A stretch of DNA of 64,000 nucleotides from a virus. The DNA is taken from positions 29,807 to 93,806 of IMG/VR virus record IMGVR_UViG_3300020410_000948. One strand, given 5' to 3'. A program made the translations under genes and the position numbers. This document shows positions 18,851 through 31,100 of this stretch, one piece after another. The notes below the pieces were generated by a model. It searched no databases. It was not told the origin of the DNA and was given only the letters and a program-made list of their open reading frames with translations. The first letter of the stretch is position 1. Each line of letters opens with the position of its first letter.

Positions 18851-21800
18851 TTAAGCATTATCGCAACTTATATAAACGATTCGCCACTCATAATTTATCC
18901 TAACAGCCATAACATAAATATCATAATCCGCATTTCCGGGGTCTACTGACAGTGAAGGATCTCTATTCGTTAGTGTTATTTCATCAGGAGCTTCGTGCTT
19001 CCATTCTGTATCATATGCAGTTGGCCTACCTTTGTTATCAAATTCAGTGGCTTTGCGGTTTCTTCTGTATACTTGCATTGTGGCTGTCGTAGGTTCTCCA
19101 CCCTCAGCGGGCTCTACAGCGGTAGTAAGCTTGCCCTCTAGGAATTGAAGACCTCCTGCCCAAACCTGTCTTTCATCATCCCACATAACATGAAGTGGGC
19201 CGGTCTTCCAAAGAGATCTATTCTTTGCGGCATTCTCAACAAGGGTATTGGGAAATGGGTCAGTATTTTCAGATGGCGCATGATTACCACATATATCGTA
19301 TCCCCATCCGGACAGAAGCATAGGAGTTCTCATACCATATGTTCTTACTTCTGCATTAGCTGGAGTTGGAATCTTTCCATCATTATTTTGTATGTGTATA
19401 TTATTTTTGTCGCCCGCAAACCATTCATAGTCATTCATGACAACAGCACCATAATCAATCACACCGCCTTGTCTTTGTGGATAGAAATATGGATCTAGTT
19501 CGTGAGATGTAGGAAGAGCGTTACCCTCAAGAAAGCCACCCTTGGAGTCCTCTTCCCCGTCTATGTTTGTGGTCTTTTTGGTTTTTAAGACATATGGTAA
19601 TAACTCATATCCTAATTTTGTGTCGCCTCTTTTCCCTTCATTAGGCGTATTCTTTATGCCGACAGGCGTAAATATTTGCTCAGGAGTACAGCCAAACATT
19701 CTGTCGTATGTCTGATAATATTCGGGAATACTATTGGGATCAGGAGAGTTGGCTCTAAGTTCGGGAAGATAGTTTCCCTCTTCATCATAGTAATCTCTGT
19801 TCACAAAATCTGGATGTGCAGCACCACCAAAGATCATACTCATATCCCAAGAGGTTCTTCTCTGATGAAACGGATTAGCATTTGCTCCGGCAGCGTTTAA
19901 TTTTCCTTCTTCAGGGAAAGCAAATCCAGTGAAGAAGTTACTGCCATTCCTATTTCTTACAACCTCCTGATTGTTCATATCATTAGTTCTGGTTGAACCT
20001 GCCGCACCATGTCCAGAAACACCTAAAGATCCAGCTCCGCCCTCTCTAAATCGCTTGATTCTGGCCTTATTAATATCAGCGATTCTTTCTATATTATATT
20101 TGGCAATTTTCCCAAAATTTCTTGTCCAAGTAGAAAACGTATAATTAGTCGTCATGCCTCCTGTACCGACAGAAACATCCATCTTGGTTATGTATGGACC
20201 ATTTACATCGAACCTCTCTGCCATATTGTACTGAGGAAAAGCAGCAAGAGATAAGCTACCGCTTTCGGATGCATACATATCTGCAGTAGCGGCATTCACG
20301 AGACTAAATGCGGCCTTGTCCAAAGTTTCAACATCTCCAAAGACTTCTGGTCTAAGATTTTCGTCTTGTTCTACCTCAGCCTTTCCATATTTTGTCTTGC
20401 CATAAGCGTACCAAGGCCCCCAAGTATACATATTACTTTCTTGAGGTATGCAGACAAAACTAGGGTATACTAATCTTGGAGCCTGTCTAATCCTTGACAA
20501 GCCACTATCGTTTTCATTGTTCTGCCATAGCGCGGCGTTGCTGAGGTTGGTGCCGCCTGCTATTACTTGATCTTGAACCTGATTAGCCAAGTTTCCAATA
20601 TAATTCCAAACGTATGTATTTCCGTCCGCCTCATAGACCCGAGGGCATGTGACATGAACATATGCCTCTAAAAATCTTTCGTCACAAGGGTCATAATTAT
20701 TATAAGTCTTACCGCGTACTTGCACCTTTAGTCTTGCTGGTGTCGGCAAATAGTGAATTTGCTTATCTATCTGCACATCCGTGGTTCCAATGGTCACATC
20801 GCCGGGATCAACCCGAAAACAACCCTGCTGGTTTATTAAGGGAAACGTTGAGCCTAACTCTGAAAAGTCTGTTTTTATAAGTGGGTTTTCTTGAGGTTTC
20901 CAGCCAGCGCACGCTTTAAGCTTTCCTTCATCAGTATAGGCAGCGTTAAAGTTCCCCTTCGCTCTAAAAGTATGGTCCCAACCACTTTCAGAAATTTCCC
21001 AAGCTGATTCAAAGTTGTGCTTGTCGTCATCTTTAAATCTTATATTGTTGTCCCTACCGCCGGGCTCTACAGGAAGTCTTACAAAAAAGGTTTTACCGTA
21101 ATAGTTTTGAGCATAGTGAAGAATTGTATCCCATCTGGATTCATATCCTACTCGTTTGGTAACATCACTTCTGTTCGTAAGGTCGTCAGGATGAAAGTAA
21201 CTATCAGTCATCGAAGTGACCATACCACTATAACCAGATAGTGCGGAATTCATGCTACTGAAACCCTTCTTTATTTTATTAAATAGGTCTAGCCCGGCAA
21301 GAGAAAATCTGCTGTGAACACCTATGTTTCGTACTGCATCTAGCCCATAGTTTGTCCTGAGTGAGTTATAAAGAACCCAAGTATCTTCGCCCGCTAAAGC
21401 ACACCTTAATTCAAGAATAGTAACATCTTCAAACACAAGACCGGCGTTAGCATCGTAAGCCGTTAATACGTCGCTATCGGAAAAACCTGTTCCAACATTC
21501 CAATTTCCATTAGGTTTTTTACCAAAAGAAGGAATATAATTCAATGCGCAAGCTTCAAATATCCGGCTAGCCTTTCCGCCTAGAAGAAGCTTCTGAGTTA
21601 CCACATTGGAAAGTTCGGCGCCGTGACTAGAACTCATATAAAAATTCTGATCATTAGGCTTGCCTTTATGTTCATTTATAATTTTTTCAATTACACCAGA
21701 TTCTGTTGGTTTTGATTTATCCAGTATCTTGAAGGATATAGCTGGTCCAATAATAGGTTTGTCTGGATCGTTATCTTCGTAAAGCTGTGGTATCACTCCG

Positions 21801-23176
21801 TTGACAATATCACCCTTGTTTGCAAAGGCGATGTTCCCAGTCCCGGTGGCTGCAAGGTTAGGTGTAACTAAATCAGTGGGAGCCGGAACAAGATCTAAAA
21901 TACAAACATAATCGGCAACTATCATCTCGCATGCTTCTTGCACAATAGCATTAACGTTTTGGATTGGCCCCTTCATTCTTAGAAAATCACTATCTGTAAT
22001 AACCTCAGCTATCTTCTCCTTTAACATTGTGAAATCTATAGTCATTAAAGATTCGCCATAGTGAACAGGGCCTCCAATAACTTCAGAGTCATCATACTTA
22101 GGGACTACATATGCGTCAGAACTAGGTATTTCAGGAAGGCCCACAGTATTGACGTTTGTCATCTTGGTTGGTGAAGATGTACTACTATTTAAAGTATATG
22201 GTGTATACCTGTATCCAGACTTAGATATGTTTTCTATTAAAGTAAGCAACCCTAACCCCCGAAGAGATGTGTTGGCATCCATCAGTCGCATACCATATTT
22301 ATTTATGTCTGGCTGACTGAAGAAACCTCTTCCTGTGGTTATGTTGTCATCATCAAAAATAAATCTGTAATTAGACAAAATACCATACGGATTATATACA
22401 TTTCTTATCTGACTAGTAAACAAAGGGGAACCATAAAAATCTTTACATTCATAGGCACAAAGTGTTCCATCTGGCATTTTAACTTGATTACAAGCAGCGT
22501 TACCCCATTGGGTTACAGTAAAACCCGCAGGGTCAAGCATATTATTTTGCTGAAAAGACGAACCATTGAAGTCCGCCATAATAACCTGAACACCCTCAAG
22601 AGCCTTAGATGGCGACTCAAAAACAATATCATATGTTCTGCCGCCAGTGCTTTCGCTATAGGTATGTCTCTGGAAAATACCAGCAAACTGAAAACCTTCT
22701 ACTTTTTTTCCAGTATCGTCTTTGAGCCTGTTGCCCGGAAACATAAATTGACAGGCTGTTCCAACTGCAGGAAAGCCCTCAACTCTTTCCATAATGAACT
22801 CACCCGCCGCAGTTTTTTGCGGCACGCCATCAGCATCTTTTTTGTAGACGTAATGATGTATCAATACAGGGTCAGACTCCATGACTTTAGTGTTTGTAGC
22901 ACTTGTAGCTTCGTCTGTCGCATCTGTAGTGGTCTGGGCAGTATCGTCAGTGCCGTCTGCGTTTTTAGGAAAATATAGAGGTTCGCCGTCTGCATTCCTT
23001 GACTGAACCATATTGTTCGGGTCTTCAGCTATTTTCATTTGTAGGGTGCTTGATTCAGCCCCATAGCCAACAGAAGAAGTAAAGTCTAAAACATACGCTC
23101 CAAACATACGTATAGGCTCAGTGATTGCTTGCCCTGCTTCAGGTTGCCACTTTGATACTTGATTTGCTTCCGCCAT
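18851..23176 (-). CDS. Large tail tip/hub-like virion protein
   Basis: 1441 aa; position downstream of the tape measure; hub-like N-terminal beta segments. Confidence 0.55.
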   Translation of the reverse strand: MAEANQVSKWQPEAGQAITEPIRMFGAYVLDFTSSVGYGAESSTLQMKIAEDPNNMVQSRNADGEPLYFPKNADGTDDTAQTTTDATDEATSATNTKVMESDPVLIHHYVYKKDADGVPQKTAAGEFIMERVEGFPAVGTACQFMFPGNRLKDDTGKKVEGFQFAGIFQRHTYSESTGGRTYDIVFESPSKALEGVQVIMADFNGSSFQQNNMLDPAGFTVTQWGNAACNQVKMPDGTLCAYECKDFYGSPLFTSQIRNVYNPYGILSNYRFIFDDDNITTGRGFFSQPDINKYGMRLMDANTSLRGLGLLTLIENISKSGYRYTPYTLNSSTSSPTKMTNVNTVGLPEIPSSDAYVVPKYDDSEVIGGPVHYGESLMTIDFTMLKEKIAEVITDSDFLRMKGPIQNVNAIVQEACEMIVADYVCILDLVPAPTDLVTPNLAATGTGNIAFANKGDIVNGVIPQLYEDNDPDKPIIGPAISFKILDKSKPTESGVIEKIINEHKGKPNDQNFYMSSSHGAELSNVVTQKLLLGGKASRIFEACALNYIPSFGKKPNGNWNVGTGFSDSDVLTAYDANAGLVFEDVTILELRCALAGEDTWVLYNSLRTNYGLDAVRNIGVHSRFSLAGLDLFNKIKKGFSSMNSALSGYSGMVTSMTDSYFHPDDLTNRSDVTKRVGYESRWDTILHYAQNYYGKTFFVRLPVEPGGRDNNIRFKDDDKHNFESAWEISESGWDHTFRAKGNFNAAYTDEGKLKACAGWKPQENPLIKTDFSELGSTFPLINQQGCFRVDPGDVTIGTTDVQIDKQIHYLPTPARLKVQVRGKTYNNYDPCDERFLEAYVHVTCPRVYEADGNTYVWNYIGNLANQVQDQVIAGGTNLSNAALWQNNENDSGLSRIRQAPRLVYPSFVCIPQESNMYTWGPWYAYGKTKYGKAEVEQDENLRPEVFGDVETLDKAAFSLVNAATADMYASESGSLSLAAFPQYNMAERFDVNGPYITKMDVSVGTGGMTTNYTFSTWTRNFGKIAKYNIERIADINKARIKRFREGGAGSLGVSGHGAAGSTRTNDMNNQEVVRNRNGSNFFTGFAFPEEGKLNAAGANANPFHQRRTSWDMSMIFGGAAHPDFVNRDYYDEEGNYLPELRANSPDPNSIPEYYQTYDRMFGCTPEQIFTPVGIKNTPNEGKRGDTKLGYELLPYVLKTKKTTNIDGEEDSKGGFLEGNALPTSHELDPYFYPQRQGGVIDYGAVVMNDYEWFAGDKNNIHIQNNDGKIPTPANAEVRTYGMRTPMLLSGWGYDICGNHAPSENTDPFPNTLVENAAKNRSLWKTGPLHVMWDDERQVWAGGLQFLEGKLTTAVEPAEGGEPTTATMQVYRRNRKATEFDNKGRPTAYDTEWKHEAPDEITLTNRDPSLSVDPGNADYDIYVMAVRINYEWRIVYISCDNA

Positions 23177-23177
23177 A

Positions 23178-24878
23178 TTAGTATGCCCACTCCACGCTAA
23201 TTGTTAATGCTCCTGTCGATTCATTCCACCCTTCGCTATAACTCTGCTGCCAGAAGTTTGTGCCTTCAGTTCCTGCAGGTTTATATGAGTTGACAGCACT
23301 CTCTGCCGATTCAACTTTTGATTTTCCTAAACTAATGTGAGTCCCACTATTTTTAATATAGTTAGTAATTGCCTCTCTTACGTTCACAGTCGCTCCTTCG
23401 TGATCAATTTCTTTCTTAAATGTCCAGTTCAATGAGACACTTCTTCTCTGTTCCCCAGAAGTTCCCATGTCTTGAATAACCGGACCATTGTCTTTCCCTA
23501 TAACAGCAAGCAAAGCTATGACTCTGTTTGTGTGCCCTTTATTGTTGTCTGTGACCTCTATGCTCTCCTCAATAGTATCATCATTTTCCTGCGGCTTATC
23601 ATTATAGGTCATTGAGACAGTAATTACACCACTAATTCTGTTCTTGCTAATACTGATTGCCTGCTCCACTGTGGCTAATGTATCAGCTCCCTCTGCGTCA
23701 GGATCAATAGATTTTCTTTCTTGATAAAAAGTATTAGAAAGAGAATACGAGTCATTTAAAACACCTGCCAGCGCCGTCTCTGCATTAGTAATCTTGTTCT
23801 GCTCTCTAACGTCAACAGAATTGCTTAGTCCTGTAATGGTACAGTTAAAATTAACAGTAGATACACCCTCTTCATCTGTGTCAAATGACATATCAAAATC
23901 TACAGTATGATTCTGTTTTGACAAAATCCAAGTTTCTGTTATAGCGTAAGTTCCACCTGTGGTGTCAGGACTAAACTCTTTCTTGTAATCATACGCAGTA
24001 TATGTAGACAGATCTATCATAGAAATATTATCTGCGGACTCATCTACCTCGGTCGTGCTAGTATCGTCTGCCACATCTACAAGCATACCCATCCTATCCA
24101 CCTTAAAAGATGTGGCTGTATTGCCTGCCTCATCAGTGGTAATAGTTTTGGCTATTGGGTTTGTTACCAGTCTTGAGTTAACCCACTTCTGAGCCTCTGC
24201 CCACCCAGAAACACCCCATGTTCCAGAAGTATACTTGTCATATCCCGTAGCACTAATCGTATGAGTTAGAGTGTAGGTTTTAAATAAAGTGCCAGAAAGC
24301 CCCGATGTAGCGTCGGCAGATTCATCTTCTGCTTCTGTGGTTGGATCGTCTTCAACACTGGCTGTTGAGTTAACGAAAATTTGCCCTTCATTTTCAGCAA
24401 GACTCCAGTTTTCTTCAGCAGAACTTAAGTAGTATATGGAGCCCTGTTTTCCACTATCGGCAGCATGCGCTTCAAAATTGAATGTGTACTCTGCGGTTTG
24501 AGTCCCGCCAGTTTCGTCGTCTCCTTCGGGAAAATCTACGGAAACTAATCTTGCGTCACTAAAGGTGAAGTTTTTGCCAGTTGAACCTGATCCATAGGGA
24601 TCTATATCTAATGTCCCGGTAGGTCGCTTGTTTTCAAGCAATGCTAAGAGCGCATTTTGCCTTGCCATTAAGTTGCCCTGACGGGCGCCGAGCGTGGTTA
24701 TATTTCCGCTTGCAAGCATTGAGCCAGTAACAGTGATATTGTATATAACATCAAGCAAGATGCCCTGTTCGCTTTGCACTCTCTCTGCAGAGATACTGTA
24801 CTTAGGGTTTGGCCCAGTGGCATCAGTGCCCCCTATGACTACTGAGTCTCCACCATCTGGATTAAATGTTACCGCCAT
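23178..24878 (-). CDS. Putative distal tail/baseplate-type virion protein
   Basis: 566 aa, beta-rich, Thr/Ser/Asp-rich; tail module position. Confidence 0.5.
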   Translation of the reverse strand: MAVTFNPDGGDSVVIGGTDATGPNPKYSISAERVQSEQGILLDVIYNITVTGSMLASGNITTLGARQGNLMARQNALLALLENKRPTGTLDIDPYGSGSTGKNFTFSDARLVSVDFPEGDDETGGTQTAEYTFNFEAHAADSGKQGSIYYLSSAEENWSLAENEGQIFVNSTASVEDDPTTEAEDESADATSGLSGTLFKTYTLTHTISATGYDKYTSGTWGVSGWAEAQKWVNSRLVTNPIAKTITTDEAGNTATSFKVDRMGMLVDVADDTSTTEVDESADNISMIDLSTYTAYDYKKEFSPDTTGGTYAITETWILSKQNHTVDFDMSFDTDEEGVSTVNFNCTITGLSNSVDVREQNKITNAETALAGVLNDSYSLSNTFYQERKSIDPDAEGADTLATVEQAISISKNRISGVITVSMTYNDKPQENDDTIEESIEVTDNNKGHTNRVIALLAVIGKDNGPVIQDMGTSGEQRRSVSLNWTFKKEIDHEGATVNVREAITNYIKNSGTHISLGKSKVESAESAVNSYKPAGTEGTNFWQQSYSEGWNESTGALTISVEWAY

Positions 24879-24893
24879 CTATATTGCTCCTTC

Positions 24894-27800
24894 CTACAGT
24901 TGATAACCTTTTGTATATAACGAAGCGTCTTTGTTTATAGCTCCAAAAACTCCTGAAATAGCGACATTCATATCGCCATTAACTATGTTCGCCCCACTAG
25001 TATACACATTTACGTTAGAACTGACAGTAATATTAGTCAGCGACATATTCATAGTCTTTTCAATTTCTTGACCTCCACTCAAGCCCTTTCTATATAATAC
25101 TAAATCTACCCCTGAATTAGCAGGACCAGCAGCATTCATTACTATATCTAGACCTTTTCTTGTGATTATACCGCCAACAAGAGAATCTCTTGGTATTGAA
25201 GTTTGCGTGTTCTGCAACATTAAGTCATTAGCTTTAGCGTCTGTACCGCTAGGCTCATCAACTCTAAGTAGAATGTCCATGTCGCCAGACCCTACCAGAA
25301 ATTCAGGCCCTTTCATTACAGCGGTGGTTATTCCACTAGCAGGACCAAAGTCTCCAGCTCCAAGATAAAGTGACCTAAGTCCAGTTATGTTTCCTGTTCC
25401 GGGGCCTATCGCATTTGCAATCTGTAGATTCTGTTGGCCAGAGGCATCAAATATGTCTACTTGCGGCAAGAACAAATCGAACCCAAGCTGTTCTGAGTTG
25501 CCCACAGCGCCAAGCAAAGAAAGGTCCGCTTGTTTAGTAGCTGCCGCGTGAGGCTCAGCCATCAAATTCATAGCTCCAGTTAGTCCGGATGGGCCAGACA
25601 TATATGTGGTTAGAATTCCGCTAGAGGGTCTTCTTTCAGCAGTTATGAATAATGGGAAGTCTAGCTCTGTGCTCGCCCTCATGTGTAATGGTATTATTCC
25701 AGTAGAGCCTCCGGGAGATGCCATATACAATGTTGTAGCACCCGTTACACCATATGCTGCGAACGTAACGCTCATATCGTTATTGGCTGTACCAAATGTC
25801 TGCATAGACAAGTCTACTATGCCTGTTGATTGTAGAGGGCCTTGAAGCATAAGTGTTCCACTGAGATCGGAAAGATTCATCAATGAAATTTTCTGGATCG
25901 TTACCTTCTTACCTAAAGCATACGTAGCTGAGAAGTCTCTTCCTACCAGAAGAACAGCAGAGCCGAGAAGGTCAAACTTTTTACACATAGTTATTGTCTC
26001 TGTAGAGCTGGACACCTTTTCTCCGGCTATGTATTGTTCTATTTCCGAACTTATATTACTAGAAGAGTAGCTAGTGCTGCTAGAGTTTCTTGGGTCTTGA
26101 ACTTCAGATGCTGTATTTGTAAACAGGCTACTTGAAGACGAACTCACGAATGAACCAAACCTATTACTGGTAGATGTGTAAGATTTGTCCAGTCTTGGAG
26201 TGCCATCAGAGTCAACAACAAACTGATAAGCTTTTTTAGATACAGGTTCTCCCACAGACAGGAACTCACTAACAGAATCATAGTCTATATCATATCCAAA
26301 CAGTTTGGGCTCATATCCGCAAGATCCTTCGCCGGCAATATTGGTAGAAGTGAATCCTCCCGCATACACCGAATCAGTATTTGACCAGCCTCCATCGTTT
26401 TTGAATATATAAACTGCACCGTTTGGCGAAGAAGCGTTTGTGGCTGACAAAGTATTATTCGCAACGTAGTTGTCCATAAGTGGAGCCGAGACAAACGCGA
26501 GGTCTCCGGAAACGATTATTCTACTGCCAAATCCAACCTTTGTGCCTTCTGGCAAGTTGTATCTGTTATCGTAGTATCCTGTGCCGTCTGAAGTGTCACT
26601 AAAAGAAAAGGCAGTGGTGTAGCCAGAATATGAGTCAGAAGCCAGCATTACTTTAACTGAGGCATATCTATTACTCTGCTTATCAAAGTACAAGTCTTCC
26701 CCATTCCAAGCGACTGATGTGCCCATAATGATATTTAATTTTTCATCTAAACGAGTGTCAGCCGTCCAGCTTTTAGATGACACGGCTTTAGTTAGCTTCC
26801 ATCCATCAACAGAAGATGTAATAATTTCCTTAGTTACAATCGGATTTAAAGCGCATATATCTGTTATATCTGAGCTTACAGTAGATGTAGTTATTGTAGA
26901 AGGCTCTAATATACAAACAATATCTTTATAAGAAGAAGATACTTCAACCCGTATTGAAACAGCAATTTTATGAGCGGGCGAAATCTTGACATCTTTATAA
27001 AATATCTTTATAAAATTCTCGTCACTATTTATTACGCCAGCAGCCTTGAGTTCCTCTAGAAAATTGTCGTATGTATATTTCAGTTTGACGGAAGAGGAGT
27101 TTACTACCTCGAATATTTGCAAAGCATACTGCGTAGATAGCACACTAGTGTTTGATCCTATTGCTAAATAAGTGCCGTTAGAGTCAATAGATGTTCTACT
27201 TGTCTCATTCTCATAGAAGCTGTCAGCGTAAAAACCACTGTATTGAGCTATGGTAGAACCAATGCTAGAAATTCTTCTATATCCATAATCCATGCTGCTT
27301 TCAAGAAGTTTATTTCTGGATATCGAGTTAGAGTTTGTTGGCGATATTACAGCCTCTGCACTTGTACTGGTGTCAAATGGAGCAGTTGAAAGAGATGGCA
27401 ACGACTGATGTGAAAAGTTGTTACTTAAGGAATTTGCGGAAGGCGCTATGCTTCCAGAAGCGTACAGTGTAGTGTCGGCAACTGCTGGCTCAGGAGCTTG
27501 CATAAATAGATCAAGGTCTTCACTCATATTCCTATCGTTAAGGAATAGAGTCGTGTTGGAGGAAGCGAGAGCGTGCCCGTGCTGGTCTAAATCAATTCCA
27601 CTACCGAAAAACTCCGTGTTCAAAACAAGAGGCATGTCTGCATTTACAGGATCTGGTGAACCCATGTATAAGGGAGGCGCACCAGTCGCAGAGTTTCGGT
27701 TTATATGTAGCGTCATATTATTATTTAATATGTTAGCTCCGAAAGTGCGTAAATTACCTTCAGCACAAGGTATACTGTTTACCGCGCCATGAACACCAGA

Positions 27801-28163
27801 AAAAGCAATGTTCATATTAGCGTTATCAGGTGCAGGCTGTCCAATAGCTAAGTTTAGCGCGCCTGTAGCAGAGACATTTCCTATATTCAAGTCGATGCCT
27901 TGAGTGACGCCAGAGCCTCCAGCAAACTGAAGATCAAGAGCAGAGTTAACTCTACTACCAAGCGGTGTAGGTGTGAAAAGGCCCATACCATCGCATCTAA
28001 AACCAAGAACTTCAGGTACGCTCAATGTTCTAAACGTCGAAGACCTAGTAGCTCCTATCTTCAATGGCATGTCGCCAACAGAGGAGGCTATCCCCTTTAC
28101 ATATGCTATAGTATCTCCGCTAGCTGGCACAGAGCCAGTTAGGAATAAAGTTCCTTTACTCAT
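24894..28163 (-). CDS. Virion protein with a central FG-GAP-like propeller and flanking short beta repeats
   Basis: GFGSRIIVSGDLAFVSAP...NGAVYIF, LFGYDID...SVGEP, RFGSFVS; many xxL(F/Y)xxG repeats at both ends. Confidence 0.6.
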   Translation of the reverse strand: MSKGTLFLTGSVPASGDTIAYVKGIASSVGDMPLKIGATRSSTFRTLSVPEVLGFRCDGMGLFTPTPLGSRVNSALDLQFAGGSGVTQGIDLNIGNVSATGALNLAIGQPAPDNANMNIAFSGVHGAVNSIPCAEGNLRTFGANILNNNMTLHINRNSATGAPPLYMGSPDPVNADMPLVLNTEFFGSGIDLDQHGHALASSNTTLFLNDRNMSEDLDLFMQAPEPAVADTTLYASGSIAPSANSLSNNFSHQSLPSLSTAPFDTSTSAEAVISPTNSNSISRNKLLESSMDYGYRRISSIGSTIAQYSGFYADSFYENETSRTSIDSNGTYLAIGSNTSVLSTQYALQIFEVVNSSSVKLKYTYDNFLEELKAAGVINSDENFIKIFYKDVKISPAHKIAVSIRVEVSSSYKDIVCILEPSTITTSTVSSDITDICALNPIVTKEIITSSVDGWKLTKAVSSKSWTADTRLDEKLNIIMGTSVAWNGEDLYFDKQSNRYASVKVMLASDSYSGYTTAFSFSDTSDGTGYYDNRYNLPEGTKVGFGSRIIVSGDLAFVSAPLMDNYVANNTLSATNASSPNGAVYIFKNDGGWSNTDSVYAGGFTSTNIAGEGSCGYEPKLFGYDIDYDSVSEFLSVGEPVSKKAYQFVVDSDGTPRLDKSYTSTSNRFGSFVSSSSSSLFTNTASEVQDPRNSSSTSYSSSNISSEIEQYIAGEKVSSSTETITMCKKFDLLGSAVLLVGRDFSATYALGKKVTIQKISLMNLSDLSGTLMLQGPLQSTGIVDLSMQTFGTANNDMSVTFAAYGVTGATTLYMASPGGSTGIIPLHMRASTELDFPLFITAERRPSSGILTTYMSGPSGLTGAMNLMAEPHAAATKQADLSLLGAVGNSEQLGFDLFLPQVDIFDASGQQNLQIANAIGPGTGNITGLRSLYLGAGDFGPASGITTAVMKGPEFLVGSGDMDILLRVDEPSGTDAKANDLMLQNTQTSIPRDSLVGGIITRKGLDIVMNAAGPANSGVDLVLYRKGLSGGQEIEKTMNMSLTNITVSSNVNVYTSGANIVNGDMNVAISGVFGAINKDASLYTKGYQL

Positions 28164-31100
28164 TATTCATCCTCCGAACTAACTGTTGGATAAGATCGTA
28201 TAAACAATGGTAATATCTCTGGTTTCTGTACATCAAAATTTCCATACCTATCTAAGCCACCACTACCTGTGAGACCATGATTTACAAGGCCGTTGTAGTC
28301 ACCATCTGAGTTATAGTACAAAACCTGAATAGAATCACTGCTAGTTCCACGACTAATAGTGTTTTCTTTATCAAAATACGCAGCCGATTTTGAAGAGCCT
28401 ATTCTTATAATTCCCGGAGCTTCTCCTGACGGCGTATCTTCAGAGCTGGTGCAGTCAAGTCTTCTGTTCAAAGTGTCCTCATATGCTGAACAATGAAATC
28501 TTCTTATGACTCCAAGATCATAATCACGGTAAGATAGCTTAGCAGAAATAACCCTAACATCGCTTACAAATGAATGCTGGTTTGCAACCGCATCATAAGG
28601 CTTGCTGTAAGGAACAAAATCTAACTCTTGCTGTCTCATGTCGGATGTCCATTTTTGTCGGTATTGGTCTGGATCTATGGAAATATTTTGATTGACAAGA
28701 CCAACAATAAGGCTGTCTTCTATTGATGCTTCCGAATTAAAGCTAGGTTTGTTCTCATCGTCAAAGTTCAATGTGTAAGTGTTTATCTCTCCTGCCAGAG
28801 TAGCTCTACCGTTTCCATCATTATATCTAAATGTTCTGTCGTCAGAACTGTTTTTTAACACACTTCCCGATCTTATAAATCTAAATAGTTCCGCTGTCGT
28901 GAAGGAGTATGTGCCTCTCCATTCAAGTATAGCTTCGCCTAAAGCAAGAGACTTCTGCTGGAATGTACCCTCTCTTGCTACGTCATAACTATCCTGCATA
29001 CCATCAGTATAAAGGGGAGCTCTTGTCGCAGTTTTTGCTCCGTACTTCAAATTTATTCCGGACAGATGACCCTTCTGTGTTATGGTTTTTCTTGGGTCTT
29101 CATTGTAAAGTGTCATCACAGGGAATACTGCATCTGCGCCTATATCGACACCAGCCTGCAAGCAAATATTATTACCTATATCGACAGTGAATTCAGCGCC
29201 GACTAACTTTCTTATGATCTGTTCTTCATCCGAAACATTATCAATATTATATACTAAACATAAACCTTTATGATCTTCACAAACATCAAATATATTATCA
29301 GCAGATGAGACTCCTGCGCCATCCCTGTAAGAGAACATATTGTTTAAATTGTAAGGTTTTTTTGAATCGAACTTTTCTGTGAAGCTAAAATACGGTGATG
29401 AAAAGTAAGTTTTGCCTACATTCTGGAAGTCTATTCTTTTACTCCTGCCTGAGTCAGAAAATACAGCATGCCCAATAGGTGTCTTCAAAACTATTTTTCC
29501 ATCTAAGACATCAAACATATCATCCATAAGATATGCGATAGAAAGACTATGGTCGCAATTCTCAGAAAACGTTAGCGTGCCTTCTCTAAAATACTTTATG
29601 TAACTTAAGTCTGAAGCAGTCCCTCGATCTGAGCGACTGTCTGGGCTATTAATGGCGGGCGTAATCTTCTGAAATAGATTGACGCTTTTTAATGAGTCGC
29701 TAATCTCATAAAGATATAGTCTCTGAGCCAAAACATCTACAGATACATCAAACTCACTATTGTAGGACGTTCCATTTGTTGCTAAAATATGTCCGTCTGA
29801 TCTAAAGTTGTGACCAAAAGGAGTTCTTAATAATATGTTATCGTCTTCAATGTCTGAACTATTGACAGTTGCAAAGTTATTTCCTGCGTTAACACTATAC
29901 ATGTTACCTAAGCCGGGATACAGTCTAAAGAAAGTTACAGATGTATCGGCAAAACCTTGAGCTTCTTGAAACGATGGAGAGTTATAAGAAGTGCCCGAAG
30001 ATGAGGGATAGTAAACACTTTGAGAATTGCCATCGTGTACTTTTGAAAATTCCCAGAATTGCATAGGATCAGAGTAAAGATTGCTATTCACATTGTATAT
30101 GTTGTAATCATCATTCTCTAGCTTTTGTGCCGCTGTAAAATTTTGATATTCTTCTGAGCCAGATTCTATTTGAATATCTAAATTAAATGTGTCAAACTCG
30201 CTTCCACTTAAAGTAGAGGAGCTTTTATATAAGGTTGTGTTGTCACCCTCAAAAAATACTTTTATCCCATCGCCATCTGTTCCGGCAATAATCTTACCAT
30301 CTACATACTGCATAGAGAAAGGCTTGCCATACCATCCTACCATGTTTCTGTATCTTGTGGAGAGGTCATTAGAGGCATTGAAATAGTTTTGCTCAACAAC
30401 CTTTTCTCGCAATCTAGTTGTGTGATCCAAAAACTTAGAATTGTATTCTTGGTTTGGATTATATACATATATAGATCCACATCTAAATTTATTACCAAGA
30501 TTGTCTGAGTTGGTTCCATCAGTACAAAAGTCCATTATGAACTGATTTGTCTTAGTGTTTCTTTCATAGAAATCAAGCGAATCTCTATCGTCATATCCAG
30601 CATCTGTCGCTGAGTCTATCTTATTTTTTAGTTCCTCTAGCTGACTATCTGCAGACTGACTGACTGATGCTATGTGGGGAAATGTCCTATTAGCAATTGC
30701 GACTATAGGCTTTAATTCTGAGCCAGTAAGGTTTGGTAAATGGTTTTCTTTAAGTGCTATGCTATAGCCAAAGCCATCCGCAAATTTATAGCCGTCTGTA
30801 AGCCACCTAAATGAAATAGCATCTTTTTTCTGAAAGTATGGGAGCGTGTTGTCTTTTACATATTTTACTATATTCTCTCTATAGAATTCAGAGTCCCATC
30901 TCCTCTTAAAGGAAGCTCTTTTGCTACCATCAGTCTTCAAGAAAAACTCATCATTTTCAAAGGCTTCCTCAAGACTTTTATTCGAGTTTTCAACCGTAGA
31001 AAAAACTCCAGATGTATTATCAGCAATAGCATTTGCCACAGCTGCTCTATACCAATACAAATTTCTATAGTCTGTGAAGACATCCATTGTAACACCAGAG

